From Caecitellus pseudoparvulus (lineage: Eukaryota > Protista > Bigyra: Bicosoecida): a stretch of DNA of 64,000 bases. The DNA is taken from assembly GCA_965644315.1 (NCBI GenBank), contig CBFFRQ010000043.1, forward strand, positions 310,001 to 374,000, written 5' to 3'. Each line of letters begins with the position of its first letter. Within the stretch, counting starts at the first letter, position 1. The position numbers and the translations under genes are program-made. The notes under the pieces are model-generated. The model worked only from the letters and a program-made list of their open reading frames with translations. It did not search any database and was not told the origin of the DNA. Shown here piece by piece: positions 30,856 to 41,700 of this stretch.

Positions 30856-33690
30856 TCACAAATCCAGCTCCAGAAGATTCAAGGCGGCAGCCGAGAGAGC
30901 TTGCTGCGCATCAGGTGTGCACTGCGTTCCCCAAGCTCTGCAGGCGGCGATGTCTCCTCTCATCAGCCTCGCAGCCGCCTGCAGGCCGGGGAGCTCTCCC
31001 ATCTTGATGGCCTTGGGAACTTTCCACCACGGTGAATGCAACACAAGGCCATCGTCGGCAACAAACAGGGCTTTGCACTCACTCACAGCACAGTCCAGCT
31101 GAAGTGGGACCACAGCCGCCATCTCATGGGCAGTGCTGGCTGAAGCCTGGCTCTTTACTTCAGGTTGACTAGCTCCAGGCCCTAATACCGGAGGCTGGAT
31201 AAAACCTGGAAGAAGAGCAGCAAATAGCCCGTGCTCTGTCAACAGTACAACCACACGGCTGATCAGTACGGCTCCGGATAGCCTTCCGAGTGATGGAAGC
31301 CTGCCCACCATTTCAGCGGCCTGCGAGGGACTCGCTGGTGGTATGGTGGCACACACGACTTGAGAGCCAAAATCGAGCAAAGCCATGCTAGCACCAGCTT
31401 GATCGCCCACACTCTGCGTTTGGACCCAAACAACGGACAATGGTGCAGGCATCGGCGTCCCCACCTCCTGCAAGTGCTGGTGGGATGCGGGTTCACCACT
31501 CGCCGAAGCAGCCTGCCTACTTGACTCCAAGCGAAGAAACTGAAGCATGTGTGCCCCGCCCCTACTTTTTCCTGTGGCAGCGAGAAGCGGCCCAGGAAAC
31601 AGTTCTGTGATGTCCACACTTGACGGTGCTTCCAAGGCAGCTGCCACAACTTTGCCCGACTCCAGAGCAGTCAAGGTTAGAGGAGAAAGCGCATTGCTGT
31701 GTCGCTGATCGTCCGATGTACTCTTTGTCTGTGTCTTTCGGACAGGCGCTGGGCCTGTGGGTGCTTGCACGGAAAGCACCCCCGGCCTGGCGCCAGAGGC
31801 CGGAGCACACACCATGGCTTGCCCGGAACACTCCACTGATATGACAGGCTCTTCGGTGCAGCTCAAGAGCACTTGAACGAACACAAAGTGGTGCAGGACC
31901 GGCCAGTGCACAGAAAGGTGTGCCTGCCAGAGTCCTGCTGAGGGGCAGGAGAGCTGAGGGTCGCACTTCAGCTTGGCCAATACGCCCAGCACCGTCCCTG
32001 CCAACCCTGTACTTTCCTCGATGTGTAGGGACGGCAAGTGAAGCCCAAGGTCACTTGCAGTGAGTGAAGGTGAGAGGTGGGGTTTCAAGTCAATCTCTGA
32101 GGCCACTCCAGCGAACTGGGCGTGGAGGAGTAAATCACCGTCCAGCCAAAAGAGAGCACCTCCTCCAGGAGCGGCGGCTGATGCGGCGCTGCACAGTGTC
32201 TGCTGCTCGTGGTAGAGCTCAATTGGCAACAATTGACGACCACTCTGAGCCAGAATGGAGTTGTACCTCTTGCGCAGCAAGGCGCCAGAATCAAGTTCGC
32301 TCGCAGCGAGCACAGCTGTTCGGTGGGAGCTGGCTAGTACCTTGAACAGCACAGCCCCCACCGTGGACCCGCACAAAAGTGTGCCAGGCTCCGACGGATG
32401 GCTCACAACACTTGAAAAGCTAGAGCGCTGCAACTTGGCCTGAAATGCCGAGAGCTGCCCCACCTTCCAGTACACTGTCTCGCTGTCCTTCTTCGCGGCC
32501 TGGCAGTACCCGCCAGTCACAACTGGAACGATTGCAGTAGCAGTACTGGAGGAGTACCCTTGAGCAGCGGGTGGGTACAGCGTGCAGACAAACATCGCGG
32601 GCGGAGCAGACCCGCTGACGATGACGGCATGTTGCCGTGTGCAGGTCCCCAATGACAGATTCAGAAGGAAGGCCCACCTTGGCGGTTCACTGCGCTTACT
32701 TGTAGTCGCACAGCCCACCCTAGCTCTTAGCAGCTCCCTTGAATCAGCCCCAACATGTGGCCAAGCAGCTAGTTCGCCATTCTCTAGCAATGCCAGCAAG
32801 TACGGTGTTTGGCGGGACGCGTTGCTGCTCTGTTGTGTGCTGTTGTTGCACTGCAAGCTGATCACTGGCCCTGATCCAACGCTAACCGAACACCAAGGTT
32901 TCGATTCCAATACTCCTGCAGCAGAGTGAAACTTGAATGTCAGGACCTCCCCACCCTCAGTCCCAATATGTAGCAGTTCTTGGGGCTGCTCGGCTGAGGA
33001 GCGCGTGCTGCCTGTGTCAACACTACTGCAAATGCTGGAAATCCCCCCTGAGCTGGAGCTCGAAGGCAGCCTACTGACCGCAGTCAATGACAAGGACGAA
33101 GACACGTGCAACAAGCCAACTGTGCCTGCTCTGGTCCCGATTGCGACTACCTCAGGCCCGGCAATTCTCGCACATGACACCTTGCCAGTCAAAGTGTCCT
33201 GAGCTCTGCCGCTCGCTGCGGCGCCAGCAATGTGGGCCCCTTCGATGAGGCTCTTCCACTCTGCGAATGAAACGTCGCCTGTCGATGGATCCCAGGTGCA
33301 TGCTCCCATGTCTGCCAAGCACACCACCAACACGCGAGTTGGGGCGCAGACAGGCCGTGCAGCTGCTGCATGGCTTGCTGCCCGATGCCGCGGCTCAACG
33401 ACGTGCACCGAAGACCAAGTCCATCCAGATATGTTGATTGGTTCAGTCCCTCCACTCGATTGACTTCGAAGCCATGTCGAGCTGCGCACTGAAGCGCTGC
33501 CTTGACAGCCGTCACCCAGGCTCACCAGCGAGACTACACCATCTCCCGTCAACGCAGCAAAAAGGTTCGAGCTGCGGCCAACGTCCACACTAACACAAGA
33601 AGACAGTGTATCTAAACGGTCCAACATGGTTGGATCGACTTGCGCGCACAGTGAGAAGGCATAGCCACCGATCCCGCTCGACTCTGCCAT
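30856..33690 (-). CDS. Hypothetical ~945-aa protein, beta-propeller-like
   Basis: Long uninterrupted ORF with WD40-like segments (VVAIGTRAGTVGLL, LLHIGTEGGEVLTF, LLALLENGELAAW, VSHPSEPGTLLCG). Confidence 0.7.
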   Translation of the reverse strand: MAESSGIGGYAFSLCAQVDPTMLDRLDTLSSCVSVDVGRSSNLFAALTGDGVVSLVSLGDGCQGSASVRSSTWLRSQSSGGTEPINISGWTWSSVHVVEPRHRAASHAAAARPVCAPTRVLVVCLADMGACTWDPSTGDVSFAEWKSLIEGAHIAGAAASGRAQDTLTGKVSCARIAGPEVVAIGTRAGTVGLLHVSSSLSLTAVSRLPSSSSSGGISSICSSVDTGSTRSSAEQPQELLHIGTEGGEVLTFKFHSAAGVLESKPWCSVSVGSGPVISLQCNNSTQQSSNASRQTPYLLALLENGELAAWPHVGADSRELLRARVGCATTSKRSEPPRWAFLLNLSLGTCTRQHAVIVSGSAPPAMFVCTLYPPAAQGYSSSTATAIVPVVTGGYCQAAKKDSETVYWKVGQLSAFQAKLQRSSFSSVVSHPSEPGTLLCGSTVGAVLFKVLASSHRTAVLAASELDSGALLRKRYNSILAQSGRQLLPIELYHEQQTLCSAASAAAPGGGALFWLDGDLLLHAQFAGVASEIDLKPHLSPSLTASDLGLHLPSLHIEESTGLAGTVLGVLAKLKCDPQLSCPSAGLWQAHLSVHWPVLHHFVFVQVLLSCTEEPVISVECSGQAMVCAPASGARPGVLSVQAPTGPAPVRKTQTKSTSDDQRHSNALSPLTLTALESGKVVAAALEAPSSVDITELFPGPLLAATGKSRGGAHMLQFLRLESSRQAASASGEPASHQHLQEVGTPMPAPLSVVWVQTQSVGDQAGASMALLDFGSQVVCATIPPASPSQAAEMVGRLPSLGRLSGAVLISRVVVLLTEHGLFAALLPGFIQPPVLGPGASQPEVKSQASASTAHEMAAVVPLQLDCAVSECKALFVADDGLVLHSPWWKVPKAIKMGELPGLQAAARLMRGDIAACRAWGTQCTPDAQQALSAAALNLLELDL

Positions 33691-33857
33691 GCCACTGCGG
33701 AATTTGTTGCCGGCACCGCCACCTTTGGCGCTGCATGCGCAGTGCCTTGAGCTGATGCGACTGAGCTGCGCCAGGAAATGGAAGTTACATTCAGAAACAG
33801 CTTCATGCATGAGGCGAAGGGGTGGGACGAGTGCAATTGTCTACATACGACGTGTGC

Positions 33858-36800
33858 TCAATGGCCTGCAGGCGGGTTCTCCGGGACCGATCCTCCCACT
33901 AGCGCTCGAAGTCGCCTGCTTAGCCCCATGCGGCGGCGGGGCATCTCGGCAGATACGAGCAAAGACTGCAGCTCCTGTACGTCCCAAGAGAGCAAAGCTG
34001 CCGCTGCCGCCCGCATGGTTGCGGGGGGGACTTGCACCGCAACGAGCCCAACACTCACACCCTCACTCCCTAAACGCCCTTCTGTGGCTGCCCGAGCGCC
34101 CCATGGCGCAACCCCACCCAAGGCTTTGCCAAGGCAGGCAACACACGCAGCCAGGAATGCAGAGCGGGTCGACGCGGGTCCTGTCCTCTGGGCCCACCGC
34201 AGGATGAGCGTGCCAGACCACCCGGCTTGGGCACTGAAGGCACACGCAGTCATGAGGCCAGCCGAGAGTGCAACCTCATCACTGTGAAGCTGAGCTAGCC
34301 TGTCAACAAAGACATCCCATGTCACACCATCACGCACTGCCGCAGCGACGCAGCACCGGGAAGCAAGGAAGCTGCGGCCGCAACAGTTCCACACCTGGGA
34401 CGCAGAGAGAAGCCAGCCGCGTCGCACCAGCTCAGGGCACACGCGGTCACACACATCTCCCTCAAACGTCAGTGACTCCAATCTCCCTCTTAAGTTAACA
34501 TCTGCAGTGGAAATGTCAGTTCCGGCCTGCGCATCATGAGCTGCTATGGAGGCAGCGCACCTGCAGGCAAGAGTCACGAGCGCGTCTGTTCTAAGGGCTG
34601 AAACGCCAAGTAGGCCCTGGTTCTTCGCCAACGAATCCTGGGCTTGTAAAGCATACTCAACAACAGCGTCGAACAAATTCTTCCGCTTTGAGTCGACTTT
34701 CTTTACCCCAACACCTTCAGGGCCTTGATCAATACCCTGAGCACTCGCTTGGACGCGGTGCCAAACGCCTCCCTCATGGCACGCGAACGCTCCACGAGCC
34801 GTGCACACTTGCGGTGCTGCCGTTGGCAAAAGCAGACTGTCAATCCTATTCAAATCCGAGAGTTCCGCAGCCTGCGGATCTTGTACATGAGCAGCGAGGA
34901 GAGGAGCGAAGCAGGCGACAAACGAAGGTGAGGAGCACTCCAGCAGACTGAGCAACTCAGAACAGCGCAAGTGCATGTGAAGCTCGTCAAAAACTGTAGA
35001 TGGAAGTGTGGCACTCACAGGCCAGCTTTGATCCACAAGGATGGCGGCAGGGCATCGTTCCCCAGCCCAGGGTGCCAGGTCTGGTGTGCCGGCTGCCTGC
35101 CCTCCTTGTTCGGGTGGCGCGCGCATACCCAACGATGGCGCAGGCGGCACATGCGGAAGCAACACCCCGCATTGTACCAAGGCGCTGTCAGAAGGTGGCC
35201 GCGACAGCAAGTCAGCTTGCCCGATGCAGCACAAGAAAGCAACCACCCTCCGGGAACAGCACTGTGCTACTTGCCCTGAGCTGATAGCTGCCTGAAGTAC
35301 CATTTGAACTGCTGCAGACGTGGATACATGATGATAACGAAGGGATACAACCCATTCCATTGAAGAAGCCCTCGAGTCTTCCTGGGTGGCAAGGGGGAAG
35401 GGCATCAGCTCCATTGAACAAGCCAGCTGCAGGGCGAGTAGGACCTCCCCGGCAGCCGCAAGGGAGCGAACCCCACTGCCCACGTCGGGTTTCGCACCGC
35501 TGCACAACAAGTGAAGCGGGGAAAATCCGTATGCAGTGCCGTGGGTGTACAGATCTGGCCGCGGTGCGCACCAAGCTTGGACCTCGAGCATCCGCAAGGC
35601 TACTTCAGACTTTGCGTGGGCGCTGATGCTTGGAATGATTGACTGGGATGCGTAAGCCCATTCCGCCTCAAACGATGAGTGGGTTTCTAATGGAGCGGTC
35701 GGCGCACTTTGGCTGACAAAGGCCAAGTACTTAGCGTACGCCGGCACACCCACAGCATCTCCTGGGCGGGGGCAGGTCAGTGTCGCACCCAAGCACAAGG
35801 CACACAGCGCAATGGCTTCGTCTGTGAAACCTGTCCGGTGGAAGAAGCCTAGAATTTCCGTCGGAGGCGTCCGAGAGACGGCGAAGCACTGAAGGGCACT
35901 CGCAACTAGTGCTGCTGCTTCACAGTAAGCTAGAGAAGGCAAACTTGATTGAAACGCGTTCCGCGTCCCTTGCCGCGCCCTTGTGGGAGGTAGCTGTCGG
36001 CGATGGCGGAGTTCACAGCACGCCACATGCCCCATGAACCTGCATACTTGACTTTGCTGCAGTGCCAGCGCTCGTGCTAGGTGGTGCCCCAGTGCGGGGG
36101 CTCCAGCTGATGCAGCCAAGAAATGGGACGCCGACGTTATTGCTACTGGTGCTACTTCGTATGCTCCTTCATCTGTGCAAATGATTGCTGACGGGAGGCA
36201 GGGAACTGTCTTTCCGTGCCCGTGAAGCCCGCGGACCCCACCCAGGCGCTCCAACGACGGCACTCGGTCTTCTGCGAACGCACGGCCACGACAGAGGCTC
36301 ACCACTGATTCGCCAGCTGGCAGTTTGAAGACTGCAACTGCCTTGCCTCCTGTGTACCCTTGCACCAAAGAAGGTATTCTTTGGCTCGGGTCGCAGCCTT
36401 TCGATATAGGGGTCCTAAGTCCGGCGAGAGGTGAGTGGTTACAAGTTGAAGTGTCCTCCGCGGCCGCAGAATGGTCACCGGAATTCAATGAGGGTCGTGA
36501 GGAAGCGCTCGAGGGCGAGCCGGGGTGAGCTGCCGCCTCGGAGGTACCTGGCCGGCTGCACTCGCTGACTGACAAGACAGCAACAAACGACAGGCAGCCA
36601 GCCGCTGACTCCCACCGTTCCGTCCAGGCTACCCACATGAAGCGCTCGTGCACGAGCAAGTGCACGCCAAAGTCAGTGATACAGGGGGGTTTTCGGGAGA
36701 CTGTGGATCCTGCCTTTGACTGACTACGCCCGCCTTCATCAATGCTGCTCCAGCTCGCGGTTGGTAGCAACGTCGTCGGCTCTGGCAGCTCAACGAGCAG

Positions 36801-38369
36801 CTCGAGGTGCTGCTCGCTGCCTGGGCGATATGCCAACACTTTGCGTGACGCGGGGCGAAACAAGACTAGACTTCGACGCAATCCGACAGCTTCTCGTCGT
36901 TTCGACCAGCAGCTTCCGTGCCTTGTGGAGGCAGGGGTGGCAAAGACCAGCTTCCTGTCTTTCCCAGACGCATATGACAGGACATGTTCTTGCGGCCCTG
37001 CGAGGCGAAGAGCATGACTGCTCAAGAGACCCCCTTCGCCACTCGGCTGCTTAAACGCAGCTTGCATAGAGGCGCTGGAGTCATGTGAAAAGCACAGCTT
37101 GTGGTCTGCTTTGAAGTCCCCAAAACCCGCGATGCGCACGACCCCATCTTGCTTTGCCTCCCAAGCAAGGATGTCAGGGGTGAGGGAGGCTGCTTGATCT
37201 TGAGCCAGAGGTGTGATGGTGACCTGTTGCAAGGGAATTCGCCACGTCTTGTCTTCTGATGACGCCAACAGCTCGCTCTGGGCTTGAAGACTTCCTCCCT
37301 CTGTGAAAGCAAGCTGGCACGCATCGCCAAGCAAGACGTCCTCCCAGCACTCTGTAACTTGTAGAGAAGACACTGATGCACAGCCAGGCAGGTGAATCCA
37401 CCAAAGAAGGGAAGATGTGCGGGATTTCGCGTGCTTGGTGGGATCCAGGCCTAGAACCTCCCAATAGAGCGCCCTTGCATCCCCAGAAGCAGAGTGTGGA
37501 CTGAGCTCCGCTCGCCCAGTAGCGTCCCAAAGAGTGACATGCCCAGATGCGTGTCCAAGCAACAGTAGCGTGCCAGGGAGCATCCAAGGCGACCACAATG
37601 CGCAAGATGTCACTCTTCCCAAGCTCAACCTTCCGGACCCACCATCACGGATCCAGCGGGACTCGACATCCGGGCTGAGTTCCAGAGGCAACCGCAGTCG
37701 CCGCACCTCTAGTGGGACGTCGGCATCGAAGTGACTGATATCGGTGTCACCACCCGTGACATGCCCAAGGGATACTGTGGCGGAAACGGAGATTGAGAGA
37801 TCGCTCCACTGGTGGCCCGATGCAATTTGCCCAGAGGGTCCATTGGTCGAGCTTGATCCGCCGAGAAGCCACCCAAACATACCTGCTGGCTCAGCTGCAC
37901 GCCTCCCCTGGCCTGGAGGTTTCGAGGCTGGCGAAACCAGGGAAGTGGAAGTGGGTTGCCGCTGGGGAGCAGAGAAACCACGCATCATGCTGGCTTCAAC
38001 GCGGTGGCTGTGGGGTGTCGCTGCCAGCAGCTTGGCCATGTCAACCAGGGTCACCACATCGCCGCAGACAATGGCAAGCATGCCCCCGGCTCTGCCGAAA
38101 GCGAGGTGACTCTGGCTGCTAGAAAGTGTGTCCATGCCCAAGCAAAACTGTGCCTTCTCAAACGCTCCGGAAGCAGCCGCCAAGTTGCACACCACTACTC
38201 GGACGAGCCCATCTCTGTGCGCCCGTGCCACCGAAATGACAGCTGCACTAGCGTGGACAGCAGGCTGATTGGCGCCAGATCCCCCCGCAGAATCCACACC
38301 AACATATTCGTAGGCTTCGTCCCCATCTCGTGAGTGGTGGATGGTTCGCACCGCAAATAAATGGTCCAT
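33858..38369 (-). CDS. Hypothetical ~1,500-aa protein (propeller-like N-terminus, helical C-terminus)
   Basis: Uninterrupted ORF with WD-like LLLLGHASGHVTLWD. Likely ATG at 38369 (MDHLFAV). Confidence 0.7.
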   Translation of the reverse strand: MDHLFAVRTIHHSRDGDEAYEYVGVDSAGGSGANQPAVHASAAVISVARAHRDGLVRVVVCNLAAASGAFEKAQFCLGMDTLSSSQSHLAFGRAGGMLAIVCGDVVTLVDMAKLLAATPHSHRVEASMMRGFSAPQRQPTSTSLVSPASKPPGQGRRAAEPAGMFGWLLGGSSSTNGPSGQIASGHQWSDLSISVSATVSLGHVTGGDTDISHFDADVPLEVRRLRLPLELSPDVESRWIRDGGSGRLSLGRVTSCALWSPWMLPGTLLLLGHASGHVTLWDATGRAELSPHSASGDARALYWEVLGLDPTKHAKSRTSSLLWWIHLPGCASVSSLQVTECWEDVLLGDACQLAFTEGGSLQAQSELLASSEDKTWRIPLQQVTITPLAQDQAASLTPDILAWEAKQDGVVRIAGFGDFKADHKLCFSHDSSASMQAAFKQPSGEGGLLSSHALRLAGPQEHVLSYASGKDRKLVFATPASTRHGSCWSKRREAVGLRRSLVLFRPASRKVLAYRPGSEQHLELLVELPEPTTLLPTASWSSIDEGGRSQSKAGSTVSRKPPCITDFGVHLLVHERFMWVAWTERWESAAGCLSFVAVLSVSECSRPGTSEAAAHPGSPSSASSRPSLNSGDHSAAAEDTSTCNHSPLAGLRTPISKGCDPSQRIPSLVQGYTGGKAVAVFKLPAGESVVSLCRGRAFAEDRVPSLERLGGVRGLHGHGKTVPCLPSAIICTDEGAYEVAPVAITSASHFLAASAGAPALGHHLARALALQQSQVCRFMGHVACCELRHRRQLPPTRARQGTRNAFQSSLPSLAYCEAAALVASALQCFAVSRTPPTEILGFFHRTGFTDEAIALCALCLGATLTCPRPGDAVGVPAYAKYLAFVSQSAPTAPLETHSSFEAEWAYASQSIIPSISAHAKSEVALRMLEVQAWCAPRPDLYTHGTAYGFSPLHLLCSGAKPDVGSGVRSLAAAGEVLLALQLACSMELMPFPLATQEDSRASSMEWVVSLRYHHVSTSAAVQMVLQAAISSGQVAQCCSRRVVAFLCCIGQADLLSRPPSDSALVQCGVLLPHVPPAPSLGMRAPPEQGGQAAGTPDLAPWAGERCPAAILVDQSWPVSATLPSTVFDELHMHLRCSELLSLLECSSPSFVACFAPLLAAHVQDPQAAELSDLNRIDSLLLPTAAPQVCTARGAFACHEGGVWHRVQASAQGIDQGPEGVGVKKVDSKRKNLFDAVVEYALQAQDSLAKNQGLLGVSALRTDALVTLACRCAASIAAHDAQAGTDISTADVNLRGRLESLTFEGDVCDRVCPELVRRGWLLSASQVWNCCGRSFLASRCCVAAAVRDGVTWDVFVDRLAQLHSDEVALSAGLMTACAFSAQAGWSGTLILRWAQRTGPASTRSAFLAACVACLGKALGGVAPWGARAATEGRLGSEGVSVGLVAVQVPPATMRAAAAALLSWDVQELQSLLVSAEMPRRRMGLSRRLRALVGGSVPENPPAGH

Positions 38370-38727
38370 TCCGCGTGCACCAGGGTCAAGGGCACAATTT
38401 CCGCACAGTGTCCACCACGACAGCGAGCTGGCCGGTGCAGGTTCCGGAACAAGCTTGCAAGCCTCCAATCCAGAGGCTTCGGGACCTGATTCCTCTCTGC
38501 GTGCTGGCACGTGGTTGGAATGGCGTGCTCTTGCCAAGCACAATGTCCCAACCTGCCCACTGGCTCCTCCAGGCGGCGGTGCCAAGGTGGGACCAGACTG
38601 GTTCACGCACGTGGGCTGCGCAGGGCACAATGCCGCAGATGTTCAGGCCATGCGCACGTCACTGTAGCGTGTTTTGATGGGACATGAATTGGGCAAGCCC
38701 CAACTTGCCACGGCCCCTAGGACCCTG

Positions 38728-41700
38728 CTACTCATCCAACTGCATAACGACCGCCACCCCAGCAAGAATCCACTTGTTCACAGGCTCAGTCGTGCGCATC
38801 GTGCACAGCGTCACATAAGTTGGGCCTCTGAACGTTGTCACATACAGGGGTGCCTCGTACACTCCTGGGTCCTTGCGCAGGTACCCGACGCTGCTCGGCT
38901 CCCACTCTGGTCGAACCTCGACTGCCCGCAAGTACACAACGGGAAGGGCCTGCTGCAATTCTTTCAGGCGGGCATCTGAAAGGTGGCCTGAGCAGGGCAC
39001 CAGGTCTTGCTCATACGGCATTGCTGCCGTGCCCAGCTCATCCACAAAGTGCCAGCGCGCTCCCTCGATGAACAAGCCATGCGCAAACATCCCCTGCTCT
39101 GGAGGCGCTTTCACGTCCTCCGAGGACTCCATGACAGTAAAGTGTGTTTCGATTGCCATGTTGTCCAGCGGCATTGCAGTGCGCCGAGCCACAACTTGCA
39201 TGATGGCGGTCAAGAACGCCATGGGGTTGAACAGCCCCGGTAGCCACAGAGAGACGGGCGTGTCCATGGACTTGCACCACAGAGCCAGTTGGGAGTACCG
39301 CTGCAGGAGTTCCTGAAACCAGGAGAGCAAGTTCTTTCGGCTCGGCCATGCTTTTGACTCCCATGAGGTCTTGTGAAACGGGTTCCGCCCCGGGACTTGG
39401 TTGATGGACAGTGCTGCCCCCAAGTCTTCCATGGCCTCAGTCATGTTGAGCTGCCCACCAAGCCCTTTCTGAAGCTCAACGAGCGTGTGCCTGACGAAAG
39501 ATAGAAGGGCGTTCATGCGCGAACACTCTTGCACGGCGACCAAAGCGTAGGGCGCAGTTTGCTCCTTGAGCTTGGGCTCCGCTGCTGCGTGGACATCTAG
39601 CATGACAAAGTTCTCCGGCAGCCTTTCGAGAAGGTCGGCAATGGTGCCGGCGAGGCCTGCCGTGGCATCACCTGTACCCCCAGAGACTCCCGCTGAGGAG
39701 CCTCGCAGCGCGAGCACTGCGTCAAACACTGAGCTTCCGAACGATGTGAGGTACCCAATTTCAGCATTGGGGTGCAGTCCGAACATTGGAGGCGCTTCTT
39801 TTGGTAGCGAGCTGAGAATGTACTGCGCCATTTCTTGATAGTCAAGTTCATGAACCGGAGGGACACTGAAGCCTGGGGCAAGCTCCTTACCCTCGAGGCA
39901 GCCGGCATCCAAGAATACCTGAAGGTACGTATTGTTCGTGCGCCGATCCCAGGGATCTGTGATGTGCCCACCGTACATAATTTCCCCGAAAATGTACCGC
40001 AAGTCTTGCCAGGGAACGCTGGCGTTGTTGTTGATGTACAGCCCCAACACGTCCGCACAGACAGACAAGTCTCCTTTGTTGAAGGAGTACGCCTTGCTCC
40101 AGCCCTGCTGACCAAACCGCCTGCGCCCGAGCACCACAGCATGGTACCAACACAACGTGAACAGGCATGCTTTGAATGCATGAGGCTTGCTGCACGCATC
40201 AATGCGCTGCTGCGAGAAGGTTGCCCATGCCCGCAGCAAATTGGACTTGAGGTCAGCTGGGGCTTCGTTGGCAACTTTGATGGCACCCTGCATAAGACTT
40301 TCTGGCATGTTCTTCATGTAGGTGAATGGGGGGGGCTCTGCGGAAATGAAGCACCGGAAGTCGGGGTGCGCCTTCTCTGACACAGCCTCAAGCTTGCGTT
40401 CAAGAGAAGGCAGCCAGTCCTGCATAAGGTGCACATTCTGCAGCATGAGCCAGCCCCCCGTGGACGCAAAGCGATCAAGCGACTGCATGGCGCGTTCGTC
40501 TTGCCCCTGGCCCATAGATATGTTTTCGAACTTCCCTGCATCAGCTGTGATCCCCAGCGCAGCGCCCAGGTCCTCAACGTCAACTGTGGGGTCTACCCCA
40601 GGAAACAGCACGAAGAACACGGGCACAGACGGCGAGGACTCTTCAAAAGCTCGCTTCATGTCAAAGGGGCTTTGAATGACGTAGTCTTCTCCCATTTGCT
40701 CTCCAACGAAGGTTTGCAAGGCCGCTGGTAGCCTGTCAGGTCGCAAGGCCCGCAACAAAAGCAGCTTGTGGAAGTCTCCGAGCCGTTTGAACTCTCCTGG
40801 GGCGCGGACCTGCTCTGGTTTTTCGTCATCGAACCAAAGCTTCCACTTCTCATGTTCTGCTAGCATGGCATCCCCCAGGTCAGCAAACTCTGGCTTGATG
40901 CTTTCGAGTCCTTTGACCCGCTGCCACACAACATCCGGCATCCACTCACCAAGAGTACCGCTGGAACCCGCATCCACAGCTGATAGCCCAAGCACCAAGG
41001 CGTTCACCAGTTCATCGGTGAGTTCACCTGAGTCTACGAGGATCTTGAAGCATAGGTGTGTCGCGAACATGAGCTTGTCTCGAACGAACAATCCTCGGTT
41101 GACATACTGGAAGGCGCCTGATGTTATGCTGTCTTGCAAGATTTCGCACCGCCTGGCCAGCTGCTCATCAGTGAGATCAACTTTTGGGGGAACCTCCTCG
41201 TCACCATCTCTATCACCGGTACTGGAACCTGTTTGGCTTGCGGAGCTTGTGGTGCTGGCACTGTCGGAGCCTGCTCCGCTTTCAGAGCCAGAGTCAGTGC
41301 CAGAGTCAGTGCCGGATTCAGACCCTGAGTCACTGTCAGTCTCCCCCGCCTTGTGCAAGTCTGCTGCTGCTTCTTGCTCAGCAGCCAAAGCTTGCAGCTC
41401 CTCACGCATGGGATCAGCAGGCCCTGACACGGACTCGATCGCCCGCATGAACACTGCCACGAAGGCGCTCAGAGAAAAGACGTAGTACGTGTGGACCTTG
41501 AATAGGCTGTTCATGATGAAGAACAAAAGTGAAGCACGCCGAGCCACGGGCCGATACTTTTCGCTCGTCTCATTGATCCTTGCCTCTGTCTCCTCCGCCA
41601 CACCTGCCTTGATTTCGATGTCTGTGGCAACACGCTTCGTGTCCTCCAGGCTCTCGATCAGCTCGACATCTTGCGTCAAGTCCCCTTCAGCTTCTGCCAG

